From: an uncultured Methanosarcinaceae archaeon
GTDB lineage: Archaea; Halobacteriota; Methanosarcinia; Methanosarcinales; Methanosarcinaceae
Direction of reading: 5' to 3'
DNA: 64,000 nt
Assembly: GCA_963721455.1 (NCBI GenBank)
Contig: CAVRJG010000039.1
Coordinates: 160,001 to 224,000, forward strand
Of the stretch, positions 50,306-60,298 are shown piece by piece (position 1 is the stretch's first letter; every line of letters begins with the position of its first letter). The notes beneath the pieces are model-generated. The model did not search any database. It saw only the letters and a program-made list of their open reading frames with translations, and was not told where the DNA came from. Position numbers and translations under genes: made by a program.

Positions 50306-50686
50306 GTAACCACCTCAACGAAATACAACCCCTATGGTAATATCTGACCTAATCCTAGATAAACAAGTTTCTCAGCAGCCCGGGTCTGCGTTACTTCCTG
50401 CATAGACGTTAATAAAAAATATGCAATGAACCTGGGTTTCCTGATACCCTAACCCTCTTTTTATTAAAAGAGAATCTTTTTAATATATATTTTTACTCCT
50501 GACAGAGAAAAATAATCAATGTGAAGAATATTTATAATGAGAATAAAATTTTCTCTATCCAACGGGTACTCCTTGCAGGGCTGATTATATAAAAAGAGTG
50601 GCTAATAGGAAAAAACATAATAGAGAAAGGGACTGCAAAAAAGAGCTCATAAAAAATAAAATTCGAATACAGGAGGAGAAAAATTC

Positions 50687-51274
50687 ATGGAAAAATCTAT
50701 TCTCTATCTCGATAGTGTAGGAGAGGCAAATACAGAAGCAGTTATTGAAGCGGCAGCAAAAAGGGCGGCCGAACTGGGAATATCCCATATTGTGGTAGCA
50801 AGCACCAGCGGAAAAACCGCTCTAAAGATGGCAGAGGCGGTAAAGGGCAGCGGCATAAAAATCATTGGGATAAGCCACCAGTATGGGCAGAAAGAAAAAG
50901 GCGAATGGGAAGTAGAAGAAGAATATAAAAAGAAACTTGAAGAGCTCGGGGCAGTAATTACCACTCAATCCCATATGTTTTCCGGAATTGAGCGTTCGAT
51001 CACAAAGAAGTTCGGAGGCTATTCCAGAGTAGAAGTGATTTCCGATGCTCTCCGATCCCTCTTCGGGAAAGGCTTCAAAGTAGCCATTGAAGTTGCAATT
51101 ATGGCAGCTGATTCGGGCCATATTCCTGTTTCCGACAACACGGAGATAATAGCGATAGGAGGCACGAGATGGGGTGCAGATGTTGCCCTTGTCCTCAGGC
51201 CAGCCCACAGCGGTGACTTCTTTTCCCTGCAGGTCCGGGAAATTATTGCCATGCCGCGAGCAAAAGAAGATTAA
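50687..51274 (+). CDS. Pyruvate-kinase C-terminal-like domain protein (COG1751)
   Basis: GEANTE, IVVASTSGKTA, HMFSGIERS, GFKVAIEVAIMAADSG and GGTRWGAD motifs. Confidence 0.85.
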   Translation: MEKSILYLDSVGEANTEAVIEAAAKRAAELGISHIVVASTSGKTALKMAEAVKGSGIKIIGISHQYGQKEKGEWEVEEEYKKKLEELGAVITTQSHMFSGIERSITKKFGGYSRVEVISDALRSLFGKGFKVAIEVAIMAADSGHIPVSDNTEIIAIGGTRWGADVALVLRPAHSGDFFSLQVREIIAMPRAKED

Positions 51275-51459
51275 GGTACGAAAAAAGGGAAAACGGAATT
51301 AGAGTTTCGAACCTAAATATCACACTTTACGAACTCCAGGTATTATAACGACCGGAAACGTGGCAGGCACGAAAAAATTCACTCCAGACTTATAACCACG
51401 GAAAACACGGAAAAAAGGAAAACGAGAAAAACTGTAATTTTGTAAATAAGTTCTTTCAA

Positions 51460-51522
51460 TTAGTCCTCTCGAGCGCAGCGAGAAGGACCGGCGAAGCGGA
51501 ACTGCGAGAGCCGCAACTCTGC
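51460..51522. repeat. Dispersed two-hairpin element, copy B
   Basis: TTAGTCC start, GTCCT/AGGAC and CTCG/CGAG stems, AGAG-CCGCAA-CTCT hairpin. Confidence 0.7.
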
Positions 51523-51566
51523 TGGCGCAAAGATAAATATATCTGAGAGGCATCTATAACCCCGGC

Positions 51567-53039
51567 ATGTCAGCAATATTCGAAATTCTCGACAAGGACG
51601 CAGGCGGCAGGATAGGCAGACTCAGGACTCCCCACGGGATTGTTGAGACACCTACCGTCATGCCTGTAATAAATCCGAATATCCAGCTTATCTCCCCGAA
51701 AGAAATGCGAAGTTTCGGGGCAGAGATTCTGATTACCAATTCTTATATTATCTACCGCAAGGAAGAGCTGAGAAGTGTCGCCCTTGAGAAAGGGCTGCAT
51801 GGGCTCCTGGGATTTGACGGGCCCATTATGACGGACTCGGGTTCTTTCCAGCTTTCCGTCTATGGGTCCGTGGAAGTTACGAATGAGGAAATCCTGGGGT
51901 TCCAGCAAAAGATAGGAAGCGACATTATTGTCCCGCTGGACATCCCGACGCCCCCTGATGTTCACTACAGGAGGGCTGAAGAGGAACTTGCAGTTACGGC
52001 CGAACGCCTGGAAGCTGCCCGCAGGTTTGTCCAGGGAGAGCAGCTCCTTGCAGGACCTGTCCAGGGCTCAACCTACCCCGAACTGAGGGAAAAAGCTGCT
52101 TCCCACCTGAAAGACCTCAATTTTGAAGTGTATCCCCTGGGAGCAGTTGTCCCGCTTATGGAGGCCTACCGTTACGCCGAACTTGTTGACGTGATTGCCG
52201 CATCCAAAAGGGGGCTTTCTCCAGCTTCGCCTGTCCACCTTTTCGGGGCAGGGCATCCCATGATGTTCGCCCTTGCAGTAGCCCTGGGCTGCGACCTTTT
52301 TGATTCGGCAGCCTATGCCCTTTACGCCAAGGACGGGCGCTATATTACTGTAACCGGGACCTACCATGTGGAAAAACTAAATTATCTACCCTGTTCCTGC
52401 CCGATCTGTTCGAGATATACTGCAGACGAATTGAAGAAAGCGGACAACATGGAAGAACTTCTGGGAAGGCACAACCTCTACGCTACTTTTGCTGAAATCC
52501 GGCTGATAAAACAGTGCATAAAGGACGGAAAACTGCTCGAACTTGTGGAGCAGCGCTGCCGTGCTCACCCGAAGCTTCTTGACGGGCTGAAAAGATTCTA
52601 TACCCACTCCCCCTGGCTTGAGCAGCTTGACCCGGCTACAAAAGGCACTTATTTCTACTGCGGGCCAGAATCAGCTTCCCGCCCCGAAGTCCTTCGGTTT
52701 GGAAAAAGGCTGGAAAGGTTCAGCCTGGAAGGCTCGGTGCTTATTCGCACAGGCCCGGTAAAAGGAGAGGGAAGCTACGACCAGATTCTCACTTTCAAAG
52801 CGCCTTTCGGGGCATTTCCTGTCGAAATGGAAGAAGTATATCCTTTCAATGCCGAAGTCTCGAAATTTCCGGATTACGAAGCCCTCAGCACAGCTTTCTC
52901 AAACACTCTTAAGCTGATGGAGCTGAACCCACAAGCAGAATTTACTTTTGTCTGCGAAAAAGAGTTCAAGCATCCGCTAATTGAAGAGATAAGTAAAAGA
53001 GCAAAACTGGTATACAGGGAAGACTGGAAAAAAGAATGA
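51567..53039 (+). CDS. tgtA: Archaeosine tRNA-guanine(15) transglycosylase
   Basis: GRIGRLRTPHG, ETPTVMPV, MTDSGSFQ, PVQGS and HLFGAGHP motifs; CSCPIC...H zinc site. Confidence 0.95.
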   Translation: MSAIFEILDKDAGGRIGRLRTPHGIVETPTVMPVINPNIQLISPKEMRSFGAEILITNSYIIYRKEELRSVALEKGLHGLLGFDGPIMTDSGSFQLSVYGSVEVTNEEILGFQQKIGSDIIVPLDIPTPPDVHYRRAEEELAVTAERLEAARRFVQGEQLLAGPVQGSTYPELREKAASHLKDLNFEVYPLGAVVPLMEAYRYAELVDVIAASKRGLSPASPVHLFGAGHPMMFALAVALGCDLFDSAAYALYAKDGRYITVTGTYHVEKLNYLPCSCPICSRYTADELKKADNMEELLGRHNLYATFAEIRLIKQCIKDGKLLELVEQRCRAHPKLLDGLKRFYTHSPWLEQLDPATKGTYFYCGPESASRPEVLRFGKRLERFSLEGSVLIRTGPVKGEGSYDQILTFKAPFGAFPVEMEEVYPFNAEVSKFPDYEALSTAFSNTLKLMELNPQAEFTFVCEKEFKHPLIEEISKRAKLVYREDWKKE

Positions 53040-53249
53040 GCTTTGAGGAGCTGATTAACGGCGCTGAACATTTTATAAGTCCTTCAGGCTTTCTCATAAA
53101 CAAACCCCTGCTTCAGAAAAGATAAAAAGAAAACTTTTTTGAGGTGCAAACCTTTATAGGACTACCTGTAAAGAACCCTCTAAATCGGGAAAGAGCCGAA
53201 ATACAAAATTCCTGATACAAAAACTCCCGTACAAACCGGAAAAGTATAG

Positions 53250-54200
53250 GTGAAACTGTTGTCCCTTACAGCAAGAATCGGGGAAATCAGCCCTTATCTG
53301 CGGCTGCTGCGACCCGAACTCTACTACATGGACCTTACCCTCCCTGCCTCGAGTGCAATCCTGGCTTCCTACCTGGCTACCGGAGGGCTTCCTCAATATT
53401 TTCCCTTCCTAATCGCCTTAATAGGCGGCTTTGCAGCCATTACCAGTTCATATGTTTTTAATGACTGCTGTGATATCGATATTGATACGATTAACCTGCC
53501 TGGCCGTCCCCTGCCCTCTTCCAGAGTTTCAAAGAGTTCGGCGCTTACTTATGCTCTCATCTTATTAGTGATCGCAGGCTCAGCAGCCGCTTACCTGAAC
53601 CCTGAATCTCTCCTGATCCTTGTTATTGCGGCTGGAACTATCACTATTTACTCAATCTTTGCAAAAAGGAATACTTTCCTTAGCTTTTTGCCAGTGGGTA
53701 TCTCCTACGGGCTTGTGCCTGTGGGCATCTGGCTCGCCTTTGACCCGGCAGGGCTCCTGAAAGGCAGCGACGGGGTAATTCTCCCCCTACCAGCTATCTG
53801 TTTCGGGCTCATGATGTGCGTTACGGATTGGGCCTTTACCCTTGGAGGAGTTGCCAGAGACGTTGAAGGGGACAGACTGAAGGGTGCCCCTACAATGCCC
53901 GTGACCTTTGGAATTCCCTTTACTGCCAGATTCGTGACTTTCTGGTGGATTGTCGGAGTTATTGCTTCAGTAATCATAGGCTGGTCAGCCCGGCTCGGGC
54001 CTGTGTACTTTGCAGGAGCACTTGCCTCAGGCCTCTGGATGCTTGCCCAGTGTTTTGATTTTATCAGGCACCCTACCCCGGAGAGGGGCGGCGCGCTCTT
54101 CCTTAACGGCTCAAACTACAGAGCAATTATGTTCGGATCAATGATCCTTGATGTGGTGCTGTGCATTTATGCAGGGGCTTACACCTCTATTCTCTGGTGA
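53250..54200 (+). CDS. UbiA-family membrane prenyltransferase
   Basis: NDCCDIDIDTINLPGRPLPS and RDVEGD Asp-rich motifs; about 8-9 TM helices. Confidence 0.9.
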   Translation: MKLLSLTARIGEISPYLRLLRPELYYMDLTLPASSAILASYLATGGLPQYFPFLIALIGGFAAITSSYVFNDCCDIDIDTINLPGRPLPSSRVSKSSALTYALILLVIAGSAAAYLNPESLLILVIAAGTITIYSIFAKRNTFLSFLPVGISYGLVPVGIWLAFDPAGLLKGSDGVILPLPAICFGLMMCVTDWAFTLGGVARDVEGDRLKGAPTMPVTFGIPFTARFVTFWWIVGVIASVIIGWSARLGPVYFAGALASGLWMLAQCFDFIRHPTPERGGALFLNGSNYRAIMFGSMILDVVLCIYAGAYTSILW

Positions 54201-54214
54201 AAAGGTAGAGAAAA

Positions 54215-55372
54215 ATGGACGCGGATATTATTGTAATAGGGGCATCTCCTGCAGGGCTGATGGCTGCCAGGAACGCCTGTGAAAAAGGATCTTCAGTCCT
54301 TTTGCTGGAAAAAAAAGGAGAAATAGGGCATCCCCCACATCCTGCAAATTCTTTTTTTAAGGGAATGTTAGATAAATGCGGAGAGAAGGCAGACCCTTCT
54401 TATGTGGTGCATTATCTCAAAGGTATGCAGATTATTTCCCCATCCGGGCGGACAGTGGAAGTTGAGACGCCCGGATACGCTATTGACAAGACAGAATTCG
54501 ACCGGTTTTATGCGAAGAAAATAATGAAAACCGGCGTAGACCTCCGAAAAGGAGTAGAGGTACACAATATTCACAGGGAAGGAGAGAAATTTACGGTCAG
54601 CACCTCGGCAGGGGTGTTCACGTCAAGACTCGTCATCATTTCCGACGGTATAAACTCAAAAATGGCTTCCCTCCTGGGCCTGAAAACAATGAAACACCCG
54701 GAAGATATTGCCTGGGGAATTGAACTGGAAGTCAGGGCTCCTGACCTTGGAAAACCGGAAATGTTTGAATATTACGTAGGAAACCATGCCCCTGGCTGGA
54801 AGACTACATACTCTCCGAGAGGAGGCGACAATGCCGCAATCGGAGCCTATGTGCGCAGATGCGGAAAGGACGCAACGCCTTACCTTAATGCCTGGGTTGA
54901 AAATTTCAAAAAGCTTAAAGGGCTCAAAGAGCTTGAAGTTGTAAGAAAACTTTCAGGCGGAGACCCTATAGTGACACTTCCGAATGAATACATAACCGAT
55001 GGAATAATGGTCGCTGGTGGGGCAGCCGGTCAGTCCGGGATAGGATATGCGATGAGGGCAGGCCAAATATGCGGAGATGTGGCTGCAGATGCCGTAAGAA
55101 AGGGAGATGTTTCAAAAAATGCCCTGTCAGAGTACCGAAAAACCTGGGAAAAGGAGTTTAAGGCAGAGCACTACCTGGGCCGAATAGGTCTTGAGACCCT
55201 CAGGAAAATGACGGACAGGGAAATTGATGAGATGGTAAGGGTCTTTGAAAAGGAGGACCTCTCATTCATTCATGGAAGTTCAGTTGAGCAGGCGATGCAG
55301 GTCTTTGCATTCATGCTAAAGAAAAAACCCTCTGCAATCTTAAAGTACAGAGCACTCTTCAGGAACAGGTGA
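54215..55372 (+). CDS. Geranylgeranyl-reductase-like flavoprotein (divergent)
   Basis: IIVIGASPAG FAD motif, LLEKK, IDKTEFDR, ISDGINS and AGGAAG motifs. Confidence 0.85.
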   Translation: MDADIIVIGASPAGLMAARNACEKGSSVLLLEKKGEIGHPPHPANSFFKGMLDKCGEKADPSYVVHYLKGMQIISPSGRTVEVETPGYAIDKTEFDRFYAKKIMKTGVDLRKGVEVHNIHREGEKFTVSTSAGVFTSRLVIISDGINSKMASLLGLKTMKHPEDIAWGIELEVRAPDLGKPEMFEYYVGNHAPGWKTTYSPRGGDNAAIGAYVRRCGKDATPYLNAWVENFKKLKGLKELEVVRKLSGGDPIVTLPNEYITDGIMVAGGAAGQSGIGYAMRAGQICGDVAADAVRKGDVSKNALSEYRKTWEKEFKAEHYLGRIGLETLRKMTDREIDEMVRVFEKEDLSFIHGSSVEQAMQVFAFMLKKKPSAILKYRALFRNR

Positions 55373-55450
55373 ACCTGGCATTTAAAAACAAGCAAAAAAG
55401 AGCAGAACTGACACAAACATCAGCATCAAATATCAGGTGCAGGAAAAAAT

Positions 55451-56590
55451 ATGCAGTACGATTTTTATAAAAGCCCACTTCTCAGAGTTTATACGGAAAT
55501 CGAAGACGGACACATGAGGGTGAAAACCAGCGGGGCTGCGTCCATCCTTATGAAAAAAAATCTTGAGAAAAACCTCTCGATTTTTGAAGGCGAAAAGCCT
55601 GCAAAAGTGGAGGCAGACAGGCTCATCTGTTCAACCTGGATGCCCCCGGTCCCAAGCCCGGGTTTTGACCGCCTGGTAAAAAGCCAGCTTTTTTCCATTC
55701 TGGGAAAAAAGATTCCAGACCAGGTCACTATCTCCATTACTGAAGAATGCCCGAACAACTGCATACACTGTGCCCTTCCTGACACAAAAAGCCGGGCGAA
55801 ACTTACACCGGAAACAGTAAAATCCACAATCGACCAGGTGCTCGAAATGGGCACAACCTTCGTGATCTTTGACGGGGGTGAGCCACTGACCTATCCGGGT
55901 TTAGAAGACCTGATCCGGTATGTGGATGCTGAAAAAGCCATTACAGGCATGTTTACCTCAGGAGTTGGGCTGACTGAAGAGCGAGCCAACCTCCTTAAAG
56001 AAGCAGGCCTTTATTCTCTCACCGTCAGCTTTGACAGCGCGCACGAAGATAAACACGATTACGTAAGGGGCAGAAAAGGAGTGTTTAAAAGTGCGGTTGA
56101 AGCAGTTAAAAACGGACTTAAGGCAGGGCTGCTTGTAAATATATATGTGGTGCTTTCCAGGGACAATGTAAACGAGCTTGAAGGACTGTATGCTCTTGCA
56201 TCAGAGCTTGGAGTCCACGAACTTTCTTTCTATGAAATAGTTCCTACTGGCAGGTGGATGGACCATGCTTCAGAAATAATGACCCCGAAAGATCTGAGAA
56301 AATTCGACAATTTTGTGTCCAGGGCCAGGGAGAAAGAAGGCCCCAGAGTGTTTCCTATCCCGCAGGTTATGAAGACCACAGGCTGTATGGCAGGCAGAAA
56401 GTGGCTGCATATTACCCCGGAAGGAAATATTCTTCCCTGTGCCTGTATCCCGATCCCTTATGGGAATGTCCATAGAGACAGCATAAAGGATGTCTGGAAA
56501 AAGATCAGGGAAGATCCTGCATATAATGCAAAGTGCTGCCTTATGAGAAACCCCGAGTTCAGAGAGAAGTATCTGAAGCTTTCAGAGTAA
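55451..56590 (+). CDS. Radical SAM protein with SPASM/twitch domain
   Basis: CPNNCIHC, FDGGEPL and HDYVRG motifs; GCMAGRKWLHITPEGNILPC...CC. Confidence 0.92.
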   Translation: MQYDFYKSPLLRVYTEIEDGHMRVKTSGAASILMKKNLEKNLSIFEGEKPAKVEADRLICSTWMPPVPSPGFDRLVKSQLFSILGKKIPDQVTISITEECPNNCIHCALPDTKSRAKLTPETVKSTIDQVLEMGTTFVIFDGGEPLTYPGLEDLIRYVDAEKAITGMFTSGVGLTEERANLLKEAGLYSLTVSFDSAHEDKHDYVRGRKGVFKSAVEAVKNGLKAGLLVNIYVVLSRDNVNELEGLYALASELGVHELSFYEIVPTGRWMDHASEIMTPKDLRKFDNFVSRAREKEGPRVFPIPQVMKTTGCMAGRKWLHITPEGNILPCACIPIPYGNVHRDSIKDVWKKIREDPAYNAKCCLMRNPEFREKYLKLSE

Positions 56591-56852
56591 ATTCGGGATA
56601 AAAGTGTTTAATCCTGCCCCTTTATACCGTTTTCAGAATGGAAAGCTGAAGCTAGTAAAGTTAAATTGCCAGGAATAAAAGCAGTCAATGGAAATGAGAG
56701 TAGAATAATAAATAGCGTGTACCATAAATAGCGTGTACCGAATCTGTCAAATACAAGTACAAGGTCCGCCAGAAGAGAAAATGGGATGCAGGTAAAAATA
56801 TACCTGCAACAAATTGATTTTTTTCGGCGATGTAAATTTTTTGTGAGATGAA

Positions 56853-57710
56853 TTAGACTAAACCCGACCTCTGAAGAGTCATCAAGTCTTCGGTGGTGAG
56901 TTTTGCTCCGCCCTTGAACTTATCGAAGATGGACTTGGCATCCTTCTGGAGTTCGGACTTGACAACACGGGACTTCCCATCTTTGTCTTTCTTCTTGAGT
57001 TTGAAGATTTCTTTATCAAGATCCCGAATTTCCTTCTGGGCGTTGATGAAAATCTTGTGCTGTTCGTCAGCTGCTTCCTGGGCTTTTACAAAGTCCCTGT
57101 GGGCAATGTCAGATTCTGCCCTGGTTCTGTCAGCCTCTTTGAAAGCGGTAATCATCTTCTCATGGTATTCCTGAGCCTGCCTGGCATATTCTGCCAGCTC
57201 ATTGTGGAATTCTGAGGCTTCATCCCTGATCTGCTGAGCTTCGTCCAGGATGTCTTTCAGTTCGAGGTTGCTTTCGAGCTGGACTTTTTTGACCTGGTAC
57301 TGCTTTTGAAGCACAGTAATCTTGCTAACAAGTTCCCTTTCCTTGCTTGTGCTCAGGACTTCGGTTTGCTGGGCAAATTCAAGACGGTCGATATCTTTTC
57401 TCAGGGCCTTGATAGAAGGGCCACCCAGGTTGTTCTGCTTCCTGATCGAATCTGCTTTTGCAAACAGTTCATTTGCCCTGGAATTGGTATCATCGCGCTT
57501 GTTCTTGTATTCGCTGACCTTCTCATTAATTTCGTCCCTGAGAACTTTTAATTCCTGGGCTTCGTTGATAAGGTCTTTTGTCTTCTTGTTCAGTTCATTA
57601 CGCTTTGCAGCGAGAGCGCTGGCTTCTGCATTTAAAGCGTTCCTTTTATCCTTGGATTCTTCAGAAATGTCCTTCAGATCTGATCTTTTTTTCTGCAATT
57701 CTTTTAGCAT
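56853..57710 (-). CDS. Long archaeal coiled-coil protein (COG1340-like)
   Basis: Continuous heptad pattern; LEFAQQTEVLS and FKGGAKLTTEDL motifs; GGAGG RBS. Confidence 0.85.
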   Translation of the reverse strand: MLKELQKKRSDLKDISEESKDKRNALNAEASALAAKRNELNKKTKDLINEAQELKVLRDEINEKVSEYKNKRDDTNSRANELFAKADSIRKQNNLGGPSIKALRKDIDRLEFAQQTEVLSTSKERELVSKITVLQKQYQVKKVQLESNLELKDILDEAQQIRDEASEFHNELAEYARQAQEYHEKMITAFKEADRTRAESDIAHRDFVKAQEAADEQHKIFINAQKEIRDLDKEIFKLKKKDKDGKSRVVKSELQKDAKSIFDKFKGGAKLTTEDLMTLQRSGLV

Positions 57711-57759
57711 CTCTTATTGTGCCTCCCGATCCAGCAAAAAAGCTGGCATTTTGGTAGTT

Positions 57760-58452
57760 CTACTGTTCGATGTCGACATGCTGTGCCTGATTACAACATT
57801 GATAAGAAAGAGATTCAAGAACAGGAATAACGGCTCTAAGATCTTTTTTTGTTATGATCACGTCCGCATATTCCCTCAGGATGGGCTTGGGATTGAAAGC
57901 TATGGCAAAACCTGCCTTCTCAAAGATACAGGCGTCATTTGCGCCGTCCCCGACAACTACACACCGTTCAGGCCGGACCCCGTTAAGCCAGGTCAGTTTC
58001 TTAAAAACCTCTGCTTTTGAGTCGCTTTGTGTGATGGGGCCGACAACTTTGCCTGTAAGGCAGCCGTCTTTCACAAGCAGTTTGTTGGAAACAACAAAAT
58101 CAATACCAAGCGCTTTGCCTACCGTGTCGGCAGAAATGGTAAATCCGCCGGAAATCATCGCAGTCTTATAACCCTTCTTTTTAACATAGAGGATAAGTTC
58201 TGCTGCACCCGGCATGAGATTTATCTGGTTTACCGCGTCCAGGGCAGCTTCAAGGGGAAGCCCCTTAAGAAGTCTGACCCTTTCTACAAGCGCTTGCTCG
58301 AAATCAAGGTCTCCGCACATCGCTTTATTCGTAATCTCCTCTACTTTACTTACAACCCCTGCGGCCCTGGCGAGCTCATCGATAGTCTCAGCGTCTATAA
58401 GGGTGCTATCCATATCAAAAACAATCATTTTGTTTTCAGTAGAATCATGCAT
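57760..58452 (-). CDS. serB: Phosphoserine phosphatase (HAD)
   Basis: FDMDSTLIDAETIDE, ISGGF, VGDGAND and FNPKP motifs. Confidence 0.93.
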   Translation of the reverse strand: MHDSTENKMIVFDMDSTLIDAETIDELARAAGVVSKVEEITNKAMCGDLDFEQALVERVRLLKGLPLEAALDAVNQINLMPGAAELILYVKKKGYKTAMISGGFTISADTVGKALGIDFVVSNKLLVKDGCLTGKVVGPITQSDSKAEVFKKLTWLNGVRPERCVVVGDGANDACIFEKAGFAIAFNPKPILREYADVIITKKDLRAVIPVLESLSYQCCNQAQHVDIEQ

Positions 58453-58870
58453 AGGACAGTTCACTCAATCAAAACCTGGACCTGAATAGCTATTAGTATA
58501 GCGGGATAACTTCTCGAAAAAGGGCATGCTGCCCGGTGTACCTTTCTCAGGGGTACCCCCGCAACCTAGTATAAAATACACTTGCCCTGACATTAAAAGC
58601 CCACCAACGGATAGAGTTTTCAAATTATAATACGGGTTCTGCAAAACAAAACCACAAAACAACAGCATTGATGTCAACGTTTTTGAGTGAAATAAATCAC
58701 ATCCTTTTTAAGCTTTTCGGAGGGGCAAGAGAACATACCGAATAATAATTATAAATAGGAAATATATTTATAAAATATGGGTAATAAGGGATGAAGATTG
58801 CCAAAAGAATTATAAACCCTTTAGGAATTCCATTATTGAAGAAAATGGTCAACACAGGATTTTGAAAAAA

Positions 58871-59701
58871 ATGGTCAACATAGGTTTTATAAAAATGGGC
58901 AACCTGGGAATGAGCCAGGTTATCAATCTGATCCAGGATGAAATTGCAGCAAGAGAGGGAATCACAGTACGGGTATTTGGTACAGGTGCCAAAATGGGCC
59001 CTGCCGAAGCCGCAGATACTGAAAGTTTCAAGCAGTGGAATGCAGACTTTGTGGTAATTATCAGCCCTAACGCAGCAGCTCCAGGCCCCACCGCAGCCCG
59101 TGGAGTATGGAAGGACGTGCCCTGCATTGTGGTCTCGGACGGCCCAACAAAGAAAGAAGCCAGAGAGGCTTTTGAGCAGGAAGGCTTCGGATACATCATC
59201 CTCCCGGTAGACCCTCTCATCGGAGCAAAGAGAGAGTTTCTTGATTCAGTGGAGATGTCATCCTTCAACTCAGATGCAATGAAAGTGTTATCTGTATGTG
59301 GTGTTGTTAGACTCATCCAGGAAGAACTGGATAAAGTAACCGACCAGGTTGCTTCCGGAAGATCGGGAAAAGAACTGGAACTTCCACACATTTTCGCAAA
59401 ACCAGAAAAATGTGTTGAGCATGCAGGTTTTGCAAATCCTTACGCAAAGGCAAAGGCCCTTGCCGCCCTTCACATGGCTGAAAAAGTAGCACAGGTTAAC
59501 TTCCCTGCATGTTTCATGTTAAAGGAAATCGACCAGGTATGCCTGACTGCCGCAGCCGGACATGAGATAATGGGAGCTGCCGCCCAGCTTGCAACTCAGG
59601 CAAGAGAAATTGAAAAATCCAATGACACAGTATTCAGGCAACCCCACGCAAAGAACGGGAACCTGTTGAGAAAAGTAAAATTATACGAAAAGCCAGAGTA
59701 A
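58871..59701 (+). CDS. mtd: F420-dependent methylene-H4MPT(H4SPT) dehydrogenase
   Basis: KMGNLG, FGTGAKM, ISPNAAAPGP, DPLIGAKREFLD, GFANPYAKAKA and CF motifs. Confidence 0.95.
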   Translation: MVNIGFIKMGNLGMSQVINLIQDEIAAREGITVRVFGTGAKMGPAEAADTESFKQWNADFVVIISPNAAAPGPTAARGVWKDVPCIVVSDGPTKKEAREAFEQEGFGYIILPVDPLIGAKREFLDSVEMSSFNSDAMKVLSVCGVVRLIQEELDKVTDQVASGRSGKELELPHIFAKPEKCVEHAGFANPYAKAKALAALHMAEKVAQVNFPACFMLKEIDQVCLTAAAGHEIMGAAAQLATQAREIEKSNDTVFRQPHAKNGNLLRKVKLYEKPE

Positions 59702-59742
59702 ATGCCGGAAAACCATTTAAGATTTTGAAACCGGAACCTTAA

Positions 59743-59797
59743 TTGGAGGAACATAGAAATGATGTCCCTGAAAAATAGGCAGGGACAAATCCTCCAA
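59743..59797. terminator. Interrupted long hairpin between convergent genes
   Basis: TTGGAGGA..TGTCCCTG / CAGGGACA..TCCTCCAA. Confidence 0.55.
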
Positions 59798-59866
59798 TAA
59801 CAGCTTCTTTTTGATTAATCGTATGAGTTTCGGGTCATTATTTTACTAATCATTATTTTACTAATT

Positions 59867-60250
59867 TTACTTCTTTGCGTCCTCGACTTCTTCCAGTACC
59901 GACGTGTATTCCTGAAAAACGGAGGGGATATCTATAGTAGCCAGCAGATCCACAATCCCAAGAGCTGCAATAACTTTACCGTTCTTTGAGCGAATGGGAG
60001 CAACAACCACATGTTTTCCGCTGTATACACCTTCTGTGGGAACCTCATGGGCAACTTTGTTTGTCTTTAATACCTCTTCGAGCACAGGCCCTGTATAGTC
60101 CCTGTCGAGGATTTTCCCTTTTTCCAGACGAAGCCCTTTTCGCTTGAGACTGCGAATGGTCGTAGGAAGTCCAATGACCGAGTGCACTGCGACTGCTATT
60201 GCCTCAAGGTCTTCGGGCCCTGAGTCTTCTGAGATAGATAGGGAAATAAT
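59867..60250 (-). CDS. DUF2111-like protein; probable start at ATT 60250, upstream of the ORF-track GTG
   Basis: Frame extends through ISEDSGPEDLEAIAVAVHS; GLPTTIRS, YTGPVLEEV and VVVAPI...ALGIVD; GGGGTGA RBS 4 nt before ATT. Confidence 0.7.
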   Translation of the reverse strand: MISLSISEDSGPEDLEAIAVAVHSVIGLPTTIRSLKRKGLRLEKGKILDRDYTGPVLEEVLKTNKVAHEVPTEGVYSGKHVVVAPIRSKNGKVIAALGIVDLLATIDIPSVFQEYTSVLEEVEDAKK

Positions 60251-60298
60251 GTTTTCACCCCCGTAAATTACTGGATACCGAATTGGGTAAAAGGCCAG

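Noticed and set aside
55451-56590. Radical SAM gene as the archaeosine enzyme RaSEA because tgtA is nearby
   Set aside because: It carries a SPASM/twitch-type C-terminus and is operonic with the UbiA and GGR genes rather than tgtA; I recognise no RaSEA-specific features.
56708-56739. Short exact tandem duplications (16 bp here; 13 bp at 3931-3956; 15 bp at 59835-59864)
   Set aside because: Isolated two-copy slippage duplications between convergent genes with no shared motif.
57700-57762. Possible pyrrolysine (TAG) read-through fusing serB to the coiled-coil gene
   Set aside because: The 49-nt gap puts the downstream gene out of frame. No amber-interrupted gene was recognised elsewhere in the window.
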